A stretch of DNA of 64,000 bases from Barthelona sp. PAP020 (Eukaryota): positions 1 through 64,000 of the forward strand of contig JARQWU010000028.1 of NCBI GenBank assembly GCA_040182905.1, in the 5' to 3' direction. The notes under the pieces are model-generated. The model was not told where the DNA came from and did no database searches. It worked only from the letters and a program-made list of their open reading frames with translations. The position numbers and the translations under genes were made by a program. Below are positions 1 through 10,400 of this stretch, piece after piece (position 1 is the stretch's first letter; the number at the start of each line of letters is the position of its first letter).

Positions 1-1
1 C

Positions 2-112
2 AAAACACCTGCCAAAAGACTTCCTGTTCTCAGCAGATCTCAAGTTCGTGAACTTCACAGTAAGAAGCCTGAAGCTGTTCGTGGTAAGAAGGTCAATCGC
101 AGAAGACAATAA
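2..112 (+). CDS. 3' end of a gene truncated by the window edge; basic C-terminus (KTPAKRLPVLSRSQVRELHSKKPEAVRGKKVNRRRQ*), possibly a ribosomal protein
   Basis: Open frame from base 2 to TAA at 110-112. Lys/Arg-rich, with codons (aag, cgt, ctc, gtc) like those of the PepD gene. Identity not established. Confidence 0.55.
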   Translation, partial: KTPAKRLPVLSRSQVRELHSKKPEAVRGKKVNRRRQ

Positions 113-253
113 GTGTAATTGTCAACAACGGTAAATCCCATCTTTGCTTAATTTTGTTGTTTACATTTTGTGTATTTTTTAATAATTTTTTAGATTGGAA
201 GAAGTGCAAAAAAAGAAAATCTAATTTTGTCTCATTTTTTTATTTATTAATTT

Positions 254-3034
254 ATGAATGATATTGACAATCCATTAGTCAAAACCGAGACATCTTCCGA
301 TGATGAATTGATTATAGAAGAGAATGTGCTGTTACAAACACCAGTTGAAGAACTGAAAAGAGTGTCAACAATGGAATTGATTAATAGTCCAACATTTTCG
401 TTTGAAAATTTTTTAATTGAAGAAGAGAAAAGTTTTGAACAATCTTGCGATCAGATCAATCAAATGATAACCAAAGTTTTTGATGATCAACAATTAGAAG
501 TAAATGAAATAGATTTTAATGAAAAGAAACTTAAAATACGGCAATTGAGCACTAAAGAAACTGAAGAAAGAAAGTATAGAATCGAAGATCAAAATCGAAT
601 CGATTACATGAGCTTAGAAGCTTTGCGACACAATTATTTTATGAATTATGATAAAATGAGAAATGATAGCATAGACATAATTGATGAATTACGTGAAAAT
701 TATGAAAAGGATAGACTAATTGAAAGAAAGAAAGGTTTGAACAAAACTTTGTTGCATCAAAATAATTTGCGAGACGCCTTTTATATTGGTGATTCAAATT
801 TGAGAAGTGAAGTACAAAAACATGATGGTGAATGTATGGTTAGCTTTTTTGATAAGTTCAACAAATCTTGGGCAATTGAAAGTAATGCTGCTCCGACTGT
901 TATGTGTACTCAACCACATTGTATTGGTGAAACCCGAACCAAATTGGCAAAAGGGTCCTACGTATTACATGTTTCTATTCTTGATTCTCTTGGTGGTAAT
1001 TCCGTCGTGTTTGAAAAGATACCCATTGAATACAATGGTCCTTATGTAACGACTGCGCCTGTACAATATGGCGGTAGCAACAACAATGATGACTGTCATC
1101 AACAGCGTTATTTAAAGTTTAACAATGAGGTTCTCTTTCCCATTTTGCCTGCAAAGAAACAAATATCTTACACTTCTTGTGTTTTTCTCTTTGAATTGTT
1201 TCAATTGGCAACTCCTATTACGATGATCGATGTTCCCATTGGATGGGGTGTATTTCCTGTGTGTTCTGCCGATTTGAAACCAATTGAAGGGACTTTTAGA
1301 GTTCCTTTGATTATTGGCGCATATACTCCATCGTTTCACACATATAAAGATCTTGACAATTTGATTAAGAATGATTTGGATTTATGGTTGGCGAATTTGA
1401 TATTTAGTGCCACGCCTAGACCTTTTGATATTCATCCACTTTGTAAAAAGGTCGGATCTACACCTGAAATCACGTTTTACTGTGATGACGAATACTTTTT
1501 CGATCCAGATAACGCTTCGAAACCAAGTATTAAAAGAAAAACAGGTACAACTCTGACCACTCGTAAAATTAGACCGATTATCGATACAAATAGTACAGAT
1601 GAGAGAAATCGTTTATTTGCTCTGAATGATTATTTCAAGTATCGTACTCGTAATGTTACTGATAAAACAAAAAGAAAGGAAACCAAAAATTTGCTTGTTA
1701 CTGAGCAACAGAGGGATGTGGAAGTTTCAAACGGCGTTGGAATTGTTTTGGAAAAAGAAATGACAACTGCTGATGTGGATGTTATTGGTGTTGTACCAGA
1801 TGAGAATATTGAAGATACATTGTTGGACTATGAGAGCAAAAAAGCTTCAAAAATTAAATTGTTACCTGATGAACCCAAACCACCTTCTTTGAATGCAGGA
1901 AACGGTTTAATTCTCCCAAAGAATTTCTACAGTCCGTTTGGACAGTTGAAAGTCAATTTTTTAAAGGATATGCTTAGGAATGAGTTTAGAGAGTTATTTA
2001 ATCCTTCAAAGTATGGATGGTTGACCACTTTAGTGTCTATTCTTCTGTTTTTATTTGTTCTTTTAATTAGAGGTGTGACACATGGTTATGGACAAATCTT
2101 ATTAATGTATATCATGTCATTGTCAAATGAAAATACGACAAATATATGGGGAAGTAAAGTCTATTTTCAACTAACAACCATCACCTTGCCAAATATCATC
2201 CTTATAATGATTTCTGGCACCCTAAGCATACTGTTTGTGTTTCTGATATTTGGCTGTGTTATCATTTTAAGCAATCTATTGATTAAACATATTCATCCAA
2301 TTATTTGGCGGTTTGTTTTGTTTTGGGGGATTGTTTCTTTGTTGGACCCTATTGTTGAACTGATCAAAGATTTGTTTTTAAGTGGTTTTCAAGACGTTTT
2401 ATATTATATCAGTATTGGGAGTGATTTCAGATTACCAAATCCTCCATTCGTACCACAAAGCTTTCAACTCTTTTTGTTTTATTATATTCATGAAGGAAAT
2501 GGGGTGTTAGGAGGACTGTTTACATTGTTATTTTTTGTCGTTCATATAATCGTGATTTGTTTCATTATTTACTTCTTCATGGTATATTTCTATGACAGTT
2601 CAAAAATTATTGATACCTATATTAGAATGGTTGATCCTGAAAAGTACTTTTTTTGTCCAGAAGATAATGAAATTTCTTATCTTCAATTGAAGAACATCAT
2701 TGCCAATGCAAGAAAATATAAAAATGTCGGTATTAATGGACAGACTATCACAAGAGGCGTTATTACTGAAAAGTACAGTATTTATAAAGTTGAAGATGAT
2801 GATAAGGGTAAAAGCAAAAGTAAACATCTCAATGATGATGGTGACAGCAGTGGATACGGATATTTTTATCATATTGTCATATATTACAAAGGTTCAAGTA
2901 ATATAAGTGGAGTATATCGACGTTTTGGTGTAATTATTAAAAAAGATGTTGAAACAAGCAATAGAAGGGATGATGTTAAATTTTGTCGTTGTTTTGAATT
3001 GTCAAAATCTAGTAGACGTACCTTATTTATGTAA
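254..3034 (+). CDS. OFCC1-like (orofacial cleft 1 candidate) membrane protein: C2-like domain plus C-terminal transmembrane helices
   Basis: 926-aa ORF. Motifs LAKGSYVLHVSILDSLGG, FLFELFQL..IGWGVFPVC, DLDLWLANL and FFCPEDNEIS match my recollection of the OFCC1 family. Several hydrophobic segments at aa ~590-780. Confidence 0.7.
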   Translation: MNDIDNPLVKTETSSDDELIIEENVLLQTPVEELKRVSTMELINSPTFSFENFLIEEEKSFEQSCDQINQMITKVFDDQQLEVNEIDFNEKKLKIRQLSTKETEERKYRIEDQNRIDYMSLEALRHNYFMNYDKMRNDSIDIIDELRENYEKDRLIERKKGLNKTLLHQNNLRDAFYIGDSNLRSEVQKHDGECMVSFFDKFNKSWAIESNAAPTVMCTQPHCIGETRTKLAKGSYVLHVSILDSLGGNSVVFEKIPIEYNGPYVTTAPVQYGGSNNNDDCHQQRYLKFNNEVLFPILPAKKQISYTSCVFLFELFQLATPITMIDVPIGWGVFPVCSADLKPIEGTFRVPLIIGAYTPSFHTYKDLDNLIKNDLDLWLANLIFSATPRPFDIHPLCKKVGSTPEITFYCDDEYFFDPDNASKPSIKRKTGTTLTTRKIRPIIDTNSTDERNRLFALNDYFKYRTRNVTDKTKRKETKNLLVTEQQRDVEVSNGVGIVLEKEMTTADVDVIGVVPDENIEDTLLDYESKKASKIKLLPDEPKPPSLNAGNGLILPKNFYSPFGQLKVNFLKDMLRNEFRELFNPSKYGWLTTLVSILLFLFVLLIRGVTHGYGQILLMYIMSLSNENTTNIWGSKVYFQLTTITLPNIILIMISGTLSILFVFLIFGCVIILSNLLIKHIHPIIWRFVLFWGIVSLLDPIVELIKDLFLSGFQDVLYYISIGSDFRLPNPPFVPQSFQLFLFYYIHEGNGVLGGLFTLLFFVVHIIVICFIIYFFMVYFYDSSKIIDTYIRMVDPEKYFFCPEDNEISYLQLKNIIANARKYKNVGINGQTITRGVITEKYSIYKVEDDDKGKSKSKHLNDDGDSSGYGYFYHIVIYYKGSSNISGVYRRFGVIIKKDVETSNRRDDVKFCRCFELSKSSRRTLFM

Positions 3035-3084
3035 ATTTATCGATGTAAAGTTTTTTGTTCATATTATTTATTTTTCCCTCCCTT

Positions 3085-3102
3085 CACACACACACACACA
3101 CA
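3085..3102. repeat. (CA)9 microsatellite
   Basis: Seen directly. Confidence 0.9.
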
Positions 3103-3244
3103 TACATTCTCTTTCTCTCTCTCTTGCCCCCTCATCTCCTCCTCCTCAGGAAGTACTTTATTCTTTTGGATGTTATGCTAAGCTTTCGAATAATTATTCA
3201 TGTCAACGGTTGTAGAATTACAAACGAAATAACGCATTTCAGAC

Positions 3245-3566
3245 TTATTTCCAAGCCAAGAAGCACTGTGCGTATGAGTGAATAAGAAAGAATAGTGTTT
3301 ATTTGGTTAAAGGCTTTCGAGGCCCGATTGATCTGTTGAAAAACTTTAGATTTTCTAAGGTAAAGTTTAAACTTTAAAATTTCGCTTTTGCAAAAATACA
3401 AAAAAATAGGAATGGAGAATTTTTCCAAAATTCTCCTACTTGATCGTTCAAATTACATTTCAGTCCCTCAATTTCCCCCTGGGATTTTGCCTGAAATTTG
3501 CTAGAATGAGTTTTCTGAGTTTACTTTCTTTGTAAATAAATATAGTTGTTTCACAACTAGACCAAT
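3245..3566 (+). repeat. Dispersed ~322-bp non-coding repeat, copy 1
   Basis: Reverse complement of 13995-14316, with about 15 differences counted by eye (~95% identity). Begins TTATTTCCAAGCCAAGAAGCACTGTGCG and ends CACAACTAGACCAAT. Confidence 0.95.
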
Positions 3567-3800
3567 TACAGCCACACATTTTCTGTGAATGAGATTTAAG
3601 AAAATGAGTTTTCTCTGATTGCTTTTTCTTTGTAAATAGATAAATTTATTTCACAACTTGATCAAAAAAATTAATTCTTTTTATCTTTTATTTACTCATG
3701 TATTCAATTTTGTTTTTCTTAAAAATTTTTCATAAAAAGAAGGTAATTTAAATATTTCATTTTGACTTTCTTTGACATTTATGGTATAATGGATTATAAT

Positions 3801-4129
3801 NNNNNNNNNNNNNNNNNNNNNNNNNNNNNNNNNNNNNNNNNNNNNNNNNNNNNNNNNNNNNNNNNNNNNNNNNNNNNNNNNNNNNNNNNNNNNNNNNNNN
3901 NNNNNNNNNNNNNNNNNNNNNNNNNNNNNNNNNNNNNNNNNNNNNNNNNNNNNNNNNNNNNNNNNNNNNNNNNNNNNNNNNNNNNNNNNNNNNNNNNNNN
4001 NNNNNNNNNNNNNNNNNNNNNNNNNNNNNNNNNNNNNNNNNNNNNNNNNNNNNNNNNNNNNNNNNNNNNNNNNNNNNNNNNNNNNNNNNNNNNNNNNNNN
4101 NNNNNNNNNNNNNNNNNNNNNNNNNNNNN
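3801..4129. other. Assembly gap (N run)
   Basis: 329 N bases. Confidence 1.
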
Positions 4130-5058
4130 TGAAAGATTGGACGATATTGAATCCCTAAAAAAAAAAGAAATGACTTCAATAACTTTGGATAGAAAATTTG
4201 ATTAAGGAAATTCAGATATTGGTTGAAAATTTTGGGAAAATTTCTTTTGTAATCTTTCAAGATTCTTTATTAGCTAGTAAAATTAGATTCTTCTTTGTCT
4301 TAAGCTCAACTAGTTGTTTTATTATTTGATAAATTCTGAAATACGAGAAATTTTGCTTGATTCAAATTCTGGTGCATTTCTTCACGCTTTTCTTTTTCCC
4401 TCCTTGTGAAATGCCCACTACGCTTTGCAAATGTTTATAAAGATCTTTATTGCTCTCGGTTACAGTTTGGGGGGTACTTGCAACTGAGTCGTTTTGCCTG
4501 GATGGTTCAGAACACTCTTAAAAAGAAAAAGAATCCATCACACATTATTTGTTTTTCAATTCTCTTGATTTCTTGTCAATGATTGGACTTTTCAATTTTG
4601 ATACGTGACAATATTGAAAATTAAAATAAAGAAGAACAATAAATTCACGCTGCAGTATGATAATGCAAAGAGAATCAATGTGGTATGGTATTAACAAATT
4701 GAAAGAGTACTCAAAATGAAGCTTTGTGAGTTTACTTTGGTTTTTTTGGGATTTTTTGCACTATAAATTGACTTTTTAAAAGTTTTATTCTTTGGATTAA
4801 ATAAGACCATTTTCCCACCAAAAAATTTTTGGACAATTATTTTAAAGAAATGTATTCTTCTTTTGCATTTTCCTTGAGGCAAAGTTGTATCAAATAATGA
4901 AATCAGATATCAAATATTTTTTACTTTTTTAAGGATATGGATCAGTTTTGATAAGATTCTGGCGATAAAATAAAAGAAAGTAAAGAAGTAAACAAAAGAG
5001 CAAAGTGAAATACAAATATAAAAAAAAATTTGAATCGTATTCATTTTTTTTTGGAAAT

Positions 5059-5721
5059 ATGGTTTTTGGTTTTGGAAAAAAAAAAGAAGTTAGACAAAAA
5101 GTCAACACAATTTCTGCCGAGGAAGTTCAAACTTCAATATCAGGACAATTAGGAAAAATGTCTGAGCACATTCAAATTACTCAATCTGCTATTGAAAATG
5201 AACGTAAACAAGCTCTTGCATGTAAAAAGAGAGGGGATATGATTGGAGCAAAAACTCATTTACACATGATGAAGTTGAAAGAAAAGACAATGAATGGTTT
5301 AAATTCAAAGTTACAAAACCTGACCTTCATGAAGGCTAAACTACAAGATGCTAATATCAACAATGACTATATTGGAGTTATGAAGCAGTTTAATGCATTC
5401 CAAAAACAATCAGCAGCTCAAGTTAATGTGGACGAAGTTATTAGAGTTCAAGAAGAGATGCAAGAGATGTTAGATCAACAAGAAGAAATGGAAGATCTTT
5501 TGAATGAAGATTTGTCTGGTTTGGGGGTTATGGATGAAGATGAATTGTTAGATGAATTAGATGAATTGGAGGCTCAAGAAGCTACGTTGTTATTGAACAA
5601 CGATAGTTTTGATGTTCCTACCACAGGTATTGACATTCAACCAATCAATGAAATTGTTAACACACCTGTTACTGTTGCTTCTACAAGTAAGAAGGCAAAT
5701 GCTTTGTTGGATATGATGTAA
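5059..5721 (+). CDS. SNF7: ESCRT-III Snf7/Vps32 (CHMP4-like) subunit
   Basis: First ATG at 5059 (MVFGFGKKK). Basic helical N-half, VNVDEV..VQEEMQE and MDEDELLDELDELE motifs, acidic C-half. Confidence 0.8.
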   Translation: MVFGFGKKKEVRQKVNTISAEEVQTSISGQLGKMSEHIQITQSAIENERKQALACKKRGDMIGAKTHLHMMKLKEKTMNGLNSKLQNLTFMKAKLQDANINNDYIGVMKQFNAFQKQSAAQVNVDEVIRVQEEMQEMLDQQEEMEDLLNEDLSGLGVMDEDELLDELDELEAQEATLLLNNDSFDVPTTGIDIQPINEIVNTPVTVASTSKKANALLDMM

Positions 5722-5913
5722 TTAGTCGTTAGATAAATTTTTTTAGTTTTTGTTTTTGCCTGCATTATTGATTCTGATTCTTCAGATGTGCAAAAAAGAA
5801 CAGTCCTTTTTCTTTAAATTTGTTGTTTCAACATTGTCACAACTTTATCAGGTTGTTTTTTTTTAATGAACAAAATAAAAAAAACAACAAGGTGCATTTT
5901 ATACATTTACAAT

Positions 5914-6390
5914 TCAAAAATTGTCACTTCCAAACAATTTCACTTGTCTTAAAACACAATCCCTGCCTTCATCAAAATTACTGACAATACAAATTTCAAA
6001 AACGCACCCAATGGGAAAGGCAGAGATATTCTTTGCCAAAAGGGGAATCCATCCAACATTTGTTGTGTTGATAGTCACTGTGGCTATTTCCTTCAAATCT
6101 TCAATACTATCACCACATCTCAAACAAATAACATTAGGAGTGTATGTTTCATCTAAAGAAATGTTTAAATACAAATAAACTTGTTCAATTTGTTTTCTTG
6201 AAGGAAAATGTAAAAAAATAGAATGAGATGGACTACCATTGGATTTCCAGTATGTATTTACATCATTGTCAATAATGTTGTCAATAAAAAATCCCCTTCT
6301 ACTGGATGAAGCGAACAATAAAGCATCCATTGTGATATCCCGACCATCATGTGGCTCGATTTCTAAATGATTAAAATTTTCATCTTCCAT
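5914..6390 (-). CDS. APC10: Anaphase-promoting complex subunit 10 (DOC domain)
   Basis: SSS..GF.I..I.DND.NTYWKSNGSPSH, LDETYTPN, IVSNFDEGRDC.LRQVKLFG. First in-frame ATG at 6390; the ORF-track start at 6417 is TTG. Confidence 0.9.
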   Translation of the reverse strand: MEDENFNHLEIEPHDGRDITMDALLFASSSRRGFFIDNIIDNDVNTYWKSNGSPSHSIFLHFPSRKQIEQVYLYLNISLDETYTPNVICLRCGDSIEDLKEIATVTINTTNVGWIPLLAKNISAFPIGCVFEICIVSNFDEGRDCVLRQVKLFGSDNF

Positions 6391-6503
6391 TTGATCAAAA
6401 ATTAATTCTCCATCCAATTAAAAACTCAATTTGAAAAAAAAAAAGGAAACCAATTCACAAACTTTGTTTTTTTACCTTTTTTTTTTTGGTGTTTTTGAGT
6501 ATT

Positions 6504-7203
6504 ATGACAGAAGAAGTTCATTCAGATGTTGTTAAAACATTTAAATTAGTCCTTGTTGGTGATGGTGGTGTTGGAAAGACAACCTTTGTCAAGCGTCATC
6601 GTACCGGTTATTTTGAAAAGCAATATTATGGTATATATTTTTAACAATGATAATAATAACTAATATTTAGCCACTTCTGGTGTTAACATTCGTACATTGT
6701 ATTTCCAAACCAATTATGGTAAAATTGCCTTCCAAGTTTGGGACACCGCTGGTCAAGAATACTTTGGCGGTATTCGTACTGCTTATTATGTCAATGCTGA
6801 TTGCGCTATTCTTATGTTTGATCTTACTTCCAAGGAGTCTTATAATAACATTCACACTTGGTGGGATAATCTTACTCGTATTACCACTGAATCTATTCCT
6901 ATGGTTTTAGTAGGAAACAAATTCGATATTACTGACAGAAAAGTTCAAATGAGACAAGTTACCTTCCATTTAAGAAAGATGATTCAATATTTTGAAGTCT
7001 CTGCAAAGACTAATTATAACTTTGAAAAGCCTTTCAAATACTTGTTAACCAAATTGACTGGAAAGGATGATCTTGAAATTTTGGATGAACACGCTTTATT
7101 GCCTTCTGGAGTTGAACTCACTGATGAACAAGTTGCTAATCTTCAAAAAGGTTACAATGAAGCTGATGAAGCTGAACTTCCTGATATGGATGATGACTTC
7201 TAA
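6504..7203 (+). CDS. RAN: Ran GTPase, two exons (6504-6630, 6671-7203)
   Basis: Exon 1 reads [42 protein letters not shown]. After removing a 40-nt GT-AG intron the frame continues ATSGV...[25 protein letters not shown] and the acidic tail LPDMDDDF. Confidence 0.95.
6631..6670 (+). other. 40-nt spliceosomal intron (phase 1) in Ran
   Basis: GTATATATTT...AACTAATATTTAG. Its removal joins G+CC (Ala) and restores the Ran frame. Confidence 0.93.
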
Positions 7204-7262
7204 TAATTCTCTAGTAAAGACATACAATTTTTTCAGTTATTTTAGTTATTTCTGCTGATTTG

Positions 7263-7290
<28 letters not shown>
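7263..7290. repeat. (GA)14 microsatellite
   Basis: Seen directly. Confidence 0.9.
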
Positions 7291-7294
<4 letters not shown>

Positions 7295-7474
7295 AATTGT
7301 TTTCCAGACCAATTGTTCAAAAAGCTATATGTTGGTTCAATATTTGAAGAGTTCACCAAGATTTTGTTAAAACTACTTAATTTTGTTTGAATAAAAAATC
7401 ATTCTTTTAAGCAAAAACAAAAATATTTTCAATTTATACACAATTTGGCTTTGATTTGCATTTTCTAATTCATC

Positions 7475-10400
7475 TTACCATTCCTCGTTCTCATAATCTT
7501 CAAATGGATTTAAACAAATAATGGAATATAAATCAACTAATCTAGACAGAGTTGATTCATTGAGACAATTGGTTCCATCATTTGGGTAGGTAAATTTCTT
7601 CAATTCAAACAAATAACGGTGGGAATATTGGAACCTGCAATTAATAATTTCGTCAAATGGGTTGCCTGCATTATAATAACTTTGAATTTGATCATCATCA
7701 TCATCATCTTCTTCTTCTTCTTCCTCTTGGGGTTTTATTCCAAGTACGTTAATAGCAAAATTTCTAACTTTTTCATCACTTAGAGATAAATCATGAATTC
7801 CAATACCATCAAAGTTTGAAGATTGTGGGTCTGCTCCATATGCTAACAGCAATTCAATCATTTCTATGTTCCCTATTTCAAAGGCATAAAATAATGCCGG
7901 GTTTCCCATTTTATCCTTCATATCTACATCTGTATGATGATCCAACAGAATTTCAACATTTTTAAGATTGTTTGAAATAACAGCCAAATGTAATAGGGAT
8001 AGATCATATTTTTTGGTTTTAACAGAATTGAAATCAATGTTTTGAGTAATTTCAAGTAAATTGACGAAGGTTTCATCATTATTCATTGCAGAACATAGTA
8101 ATCTGGTCTTTGTATCCATTTTCATAATTTTATCCTTAAATTTTCGAGAAATTGCTCGAACAACGTGATAATTCACTGACTCAATTGCTATATCAAATGC
8201 AGTGATATCATTTACACATGAAATAAAAGGATCAGCATTATAATTCAATAAATCAATGGCAAATCGATTTTTACACGTTAAAACACTTATAAATAACAAT
8301 GTCATATTTCCATAAGCTTTAAAATTGATATCGAAATTTTGATGACTTTTCATGAACTTTTTGAAAGTTTCTTTTATTAATTCATCAAGTTTATAATAAT
8401 CTGCCAGATAAAAACCATGAAAAAAATATGTTGGTAAAAGTTCAATGAGATAAGCTTCATTATGATGAAACAACTTTTCAATTTTATCAAAAACCATGTT
8501 TATTTCATAATTTGAAGAATAATCAAAAATTTTCAATTTTAAAAGCTTATCTCCAGTATATTTCAATAAAATAGCTATATAATCCTGTTCATTTACATCT
8601 ATCATAATCATTGTGGTTGTACTTAACAAAATTTCCAAGCAATTCACATTAAAAAAAGAATCAATTACAAAAGGATCAACATTATTTTCTAACAATGCAA
8701 CAAATGAATCTTTGGAATCACAAGTGATAGCATAGATCAAACTGGAAAATACCAACTCTTTTTCCTCTTTATCTACAAATTCTTCCATTCCTTTAACAAA
8801 ATTCAGATCAACTTTTTTTTGAATAAAAATGTCAACCAAATAACGCAAAGAATTGTAAAAAATGGCAAAAGAAAAAGCCCTTTTGAATATTTCATGACCT
8901 GCAGAGAATTTTTCACATATATATGAAAACAATATATAATCATTATTCTGAATCATATGACACAACGGATTATACTCATCCTTGGATAAATGTTCATTGA
9001 TGCTCTGTTTTTCTGCTAAAATCAACTCAATCAAAGGAATATTTTTGGAAGAAATTGCTCCCTTTAGCAAATCACATTTAGTTTTGGAATTCAATGCCTC
9101 AAATTTCATGTCTATGTATTCTATAATGTTGTTGAAGAATTCAAGAGATTGTGTGGAAGAATCGTGCTTATTGCCACCTAAAGCTTCTATGATTCCATTT
9201 GGTTTTCCATAAAATAGTGACGTTTGTTTGTCTGATATGAATTGTCTGCGCAGTCTTTCAATTTTTTGTTTAATTGGAATGAAATCTTCTTCTTCTTCAT
9301 CATATGCTTCTTCTTCATCATATTCTTCTTCTTCATCATCATCACCATATATATCATAGTTTTCTTCATTATTATTACGACCAATGTGATTAACTCCATC
9401 TTTATCATAATTTTTTCTTCCAAAAAATTCACAAAACTTTTCCTTCGAAATTATTTCCATACTCATGAAAGAATCAAACAATTCAATAGAACCAATCAAA
9501 ATAAGAGGTTCTAAGAGGAACCATATCTGATCCACACCAGTAAAATTAAATTTATTTTCTGAAACTAATCTTTTGAAACAATCAACATGTCCACACATCA
9601 ATAAATGGGTTAATGGATGAAATCTAAACTTACTTTTGGTTACAAATACTGTTTTTAAGCATTTATTGATCATAGAATATTCACCATGAATGCATGCATA
9701 CACTAAACACAATGAATCAATTTTTGGAGCTAAATCAACTGGAAAGTCAAGTATTTTTTCAATTCTAACTAGATCATAGTTCAATCTAAAGGCATTCATC
9801 AATATTTTTTGCAAAAATCTTTTGGATTTGATATTAGATTTCATATGAGCTTGTAAAAGGATAAATAAATTGTCAAATACCAAATAATCTTTATTACACA
9901 TCATATTCAAAAAATTTTCTTCATTAAACAAATTTATTTCTAGTTTCAAAGTGTTTAATAGAAAATCAATAATTTCCCAATTAGCATATTTCAAAATTTT
10001 TGCTGTAGAAATTTTCACCAAAAGTTCTTTCCCCCAAAGCTTTTTTTTTTCTTCTTCTTCTTCTTCTTCCTCTTCAAAAGATTCTTGAGATTTATCGGAA
10101 AGATGTTTTATTTTAAACCTGAAAAAATAATACTTTACGATATCTGAGTATCCTAACCAACTTGCAATTAATACACACTTATCAATTGAAAAATTAATAT
10201 TTTCATCACACTCTGATAATAGCCTTTTGATAATATTTATATGTCCACCATATGTGGCTAACATTAGTGGGGTAATCTTAGCATCATTTTGGTTTGAGAG
10301 CTGATTTTGAATATTTGGAATAGTTTCACAAATTTTATTCACAGTCGCAAAATCACCCAGCAAACAACTTCCATTCAAATTCTCAAATTCTTTTAGATCA

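Noticed and set aside
3757..4260. ORFs spanning the N run
   Set aside because: Artefacts of the assembly gap.
6697..7203. 168-aa ORF suggesting a Ran without a P-loop
   Set aside because: The P-loop is in exon 1 (6504-6630), upstream of a 40-nt intron.
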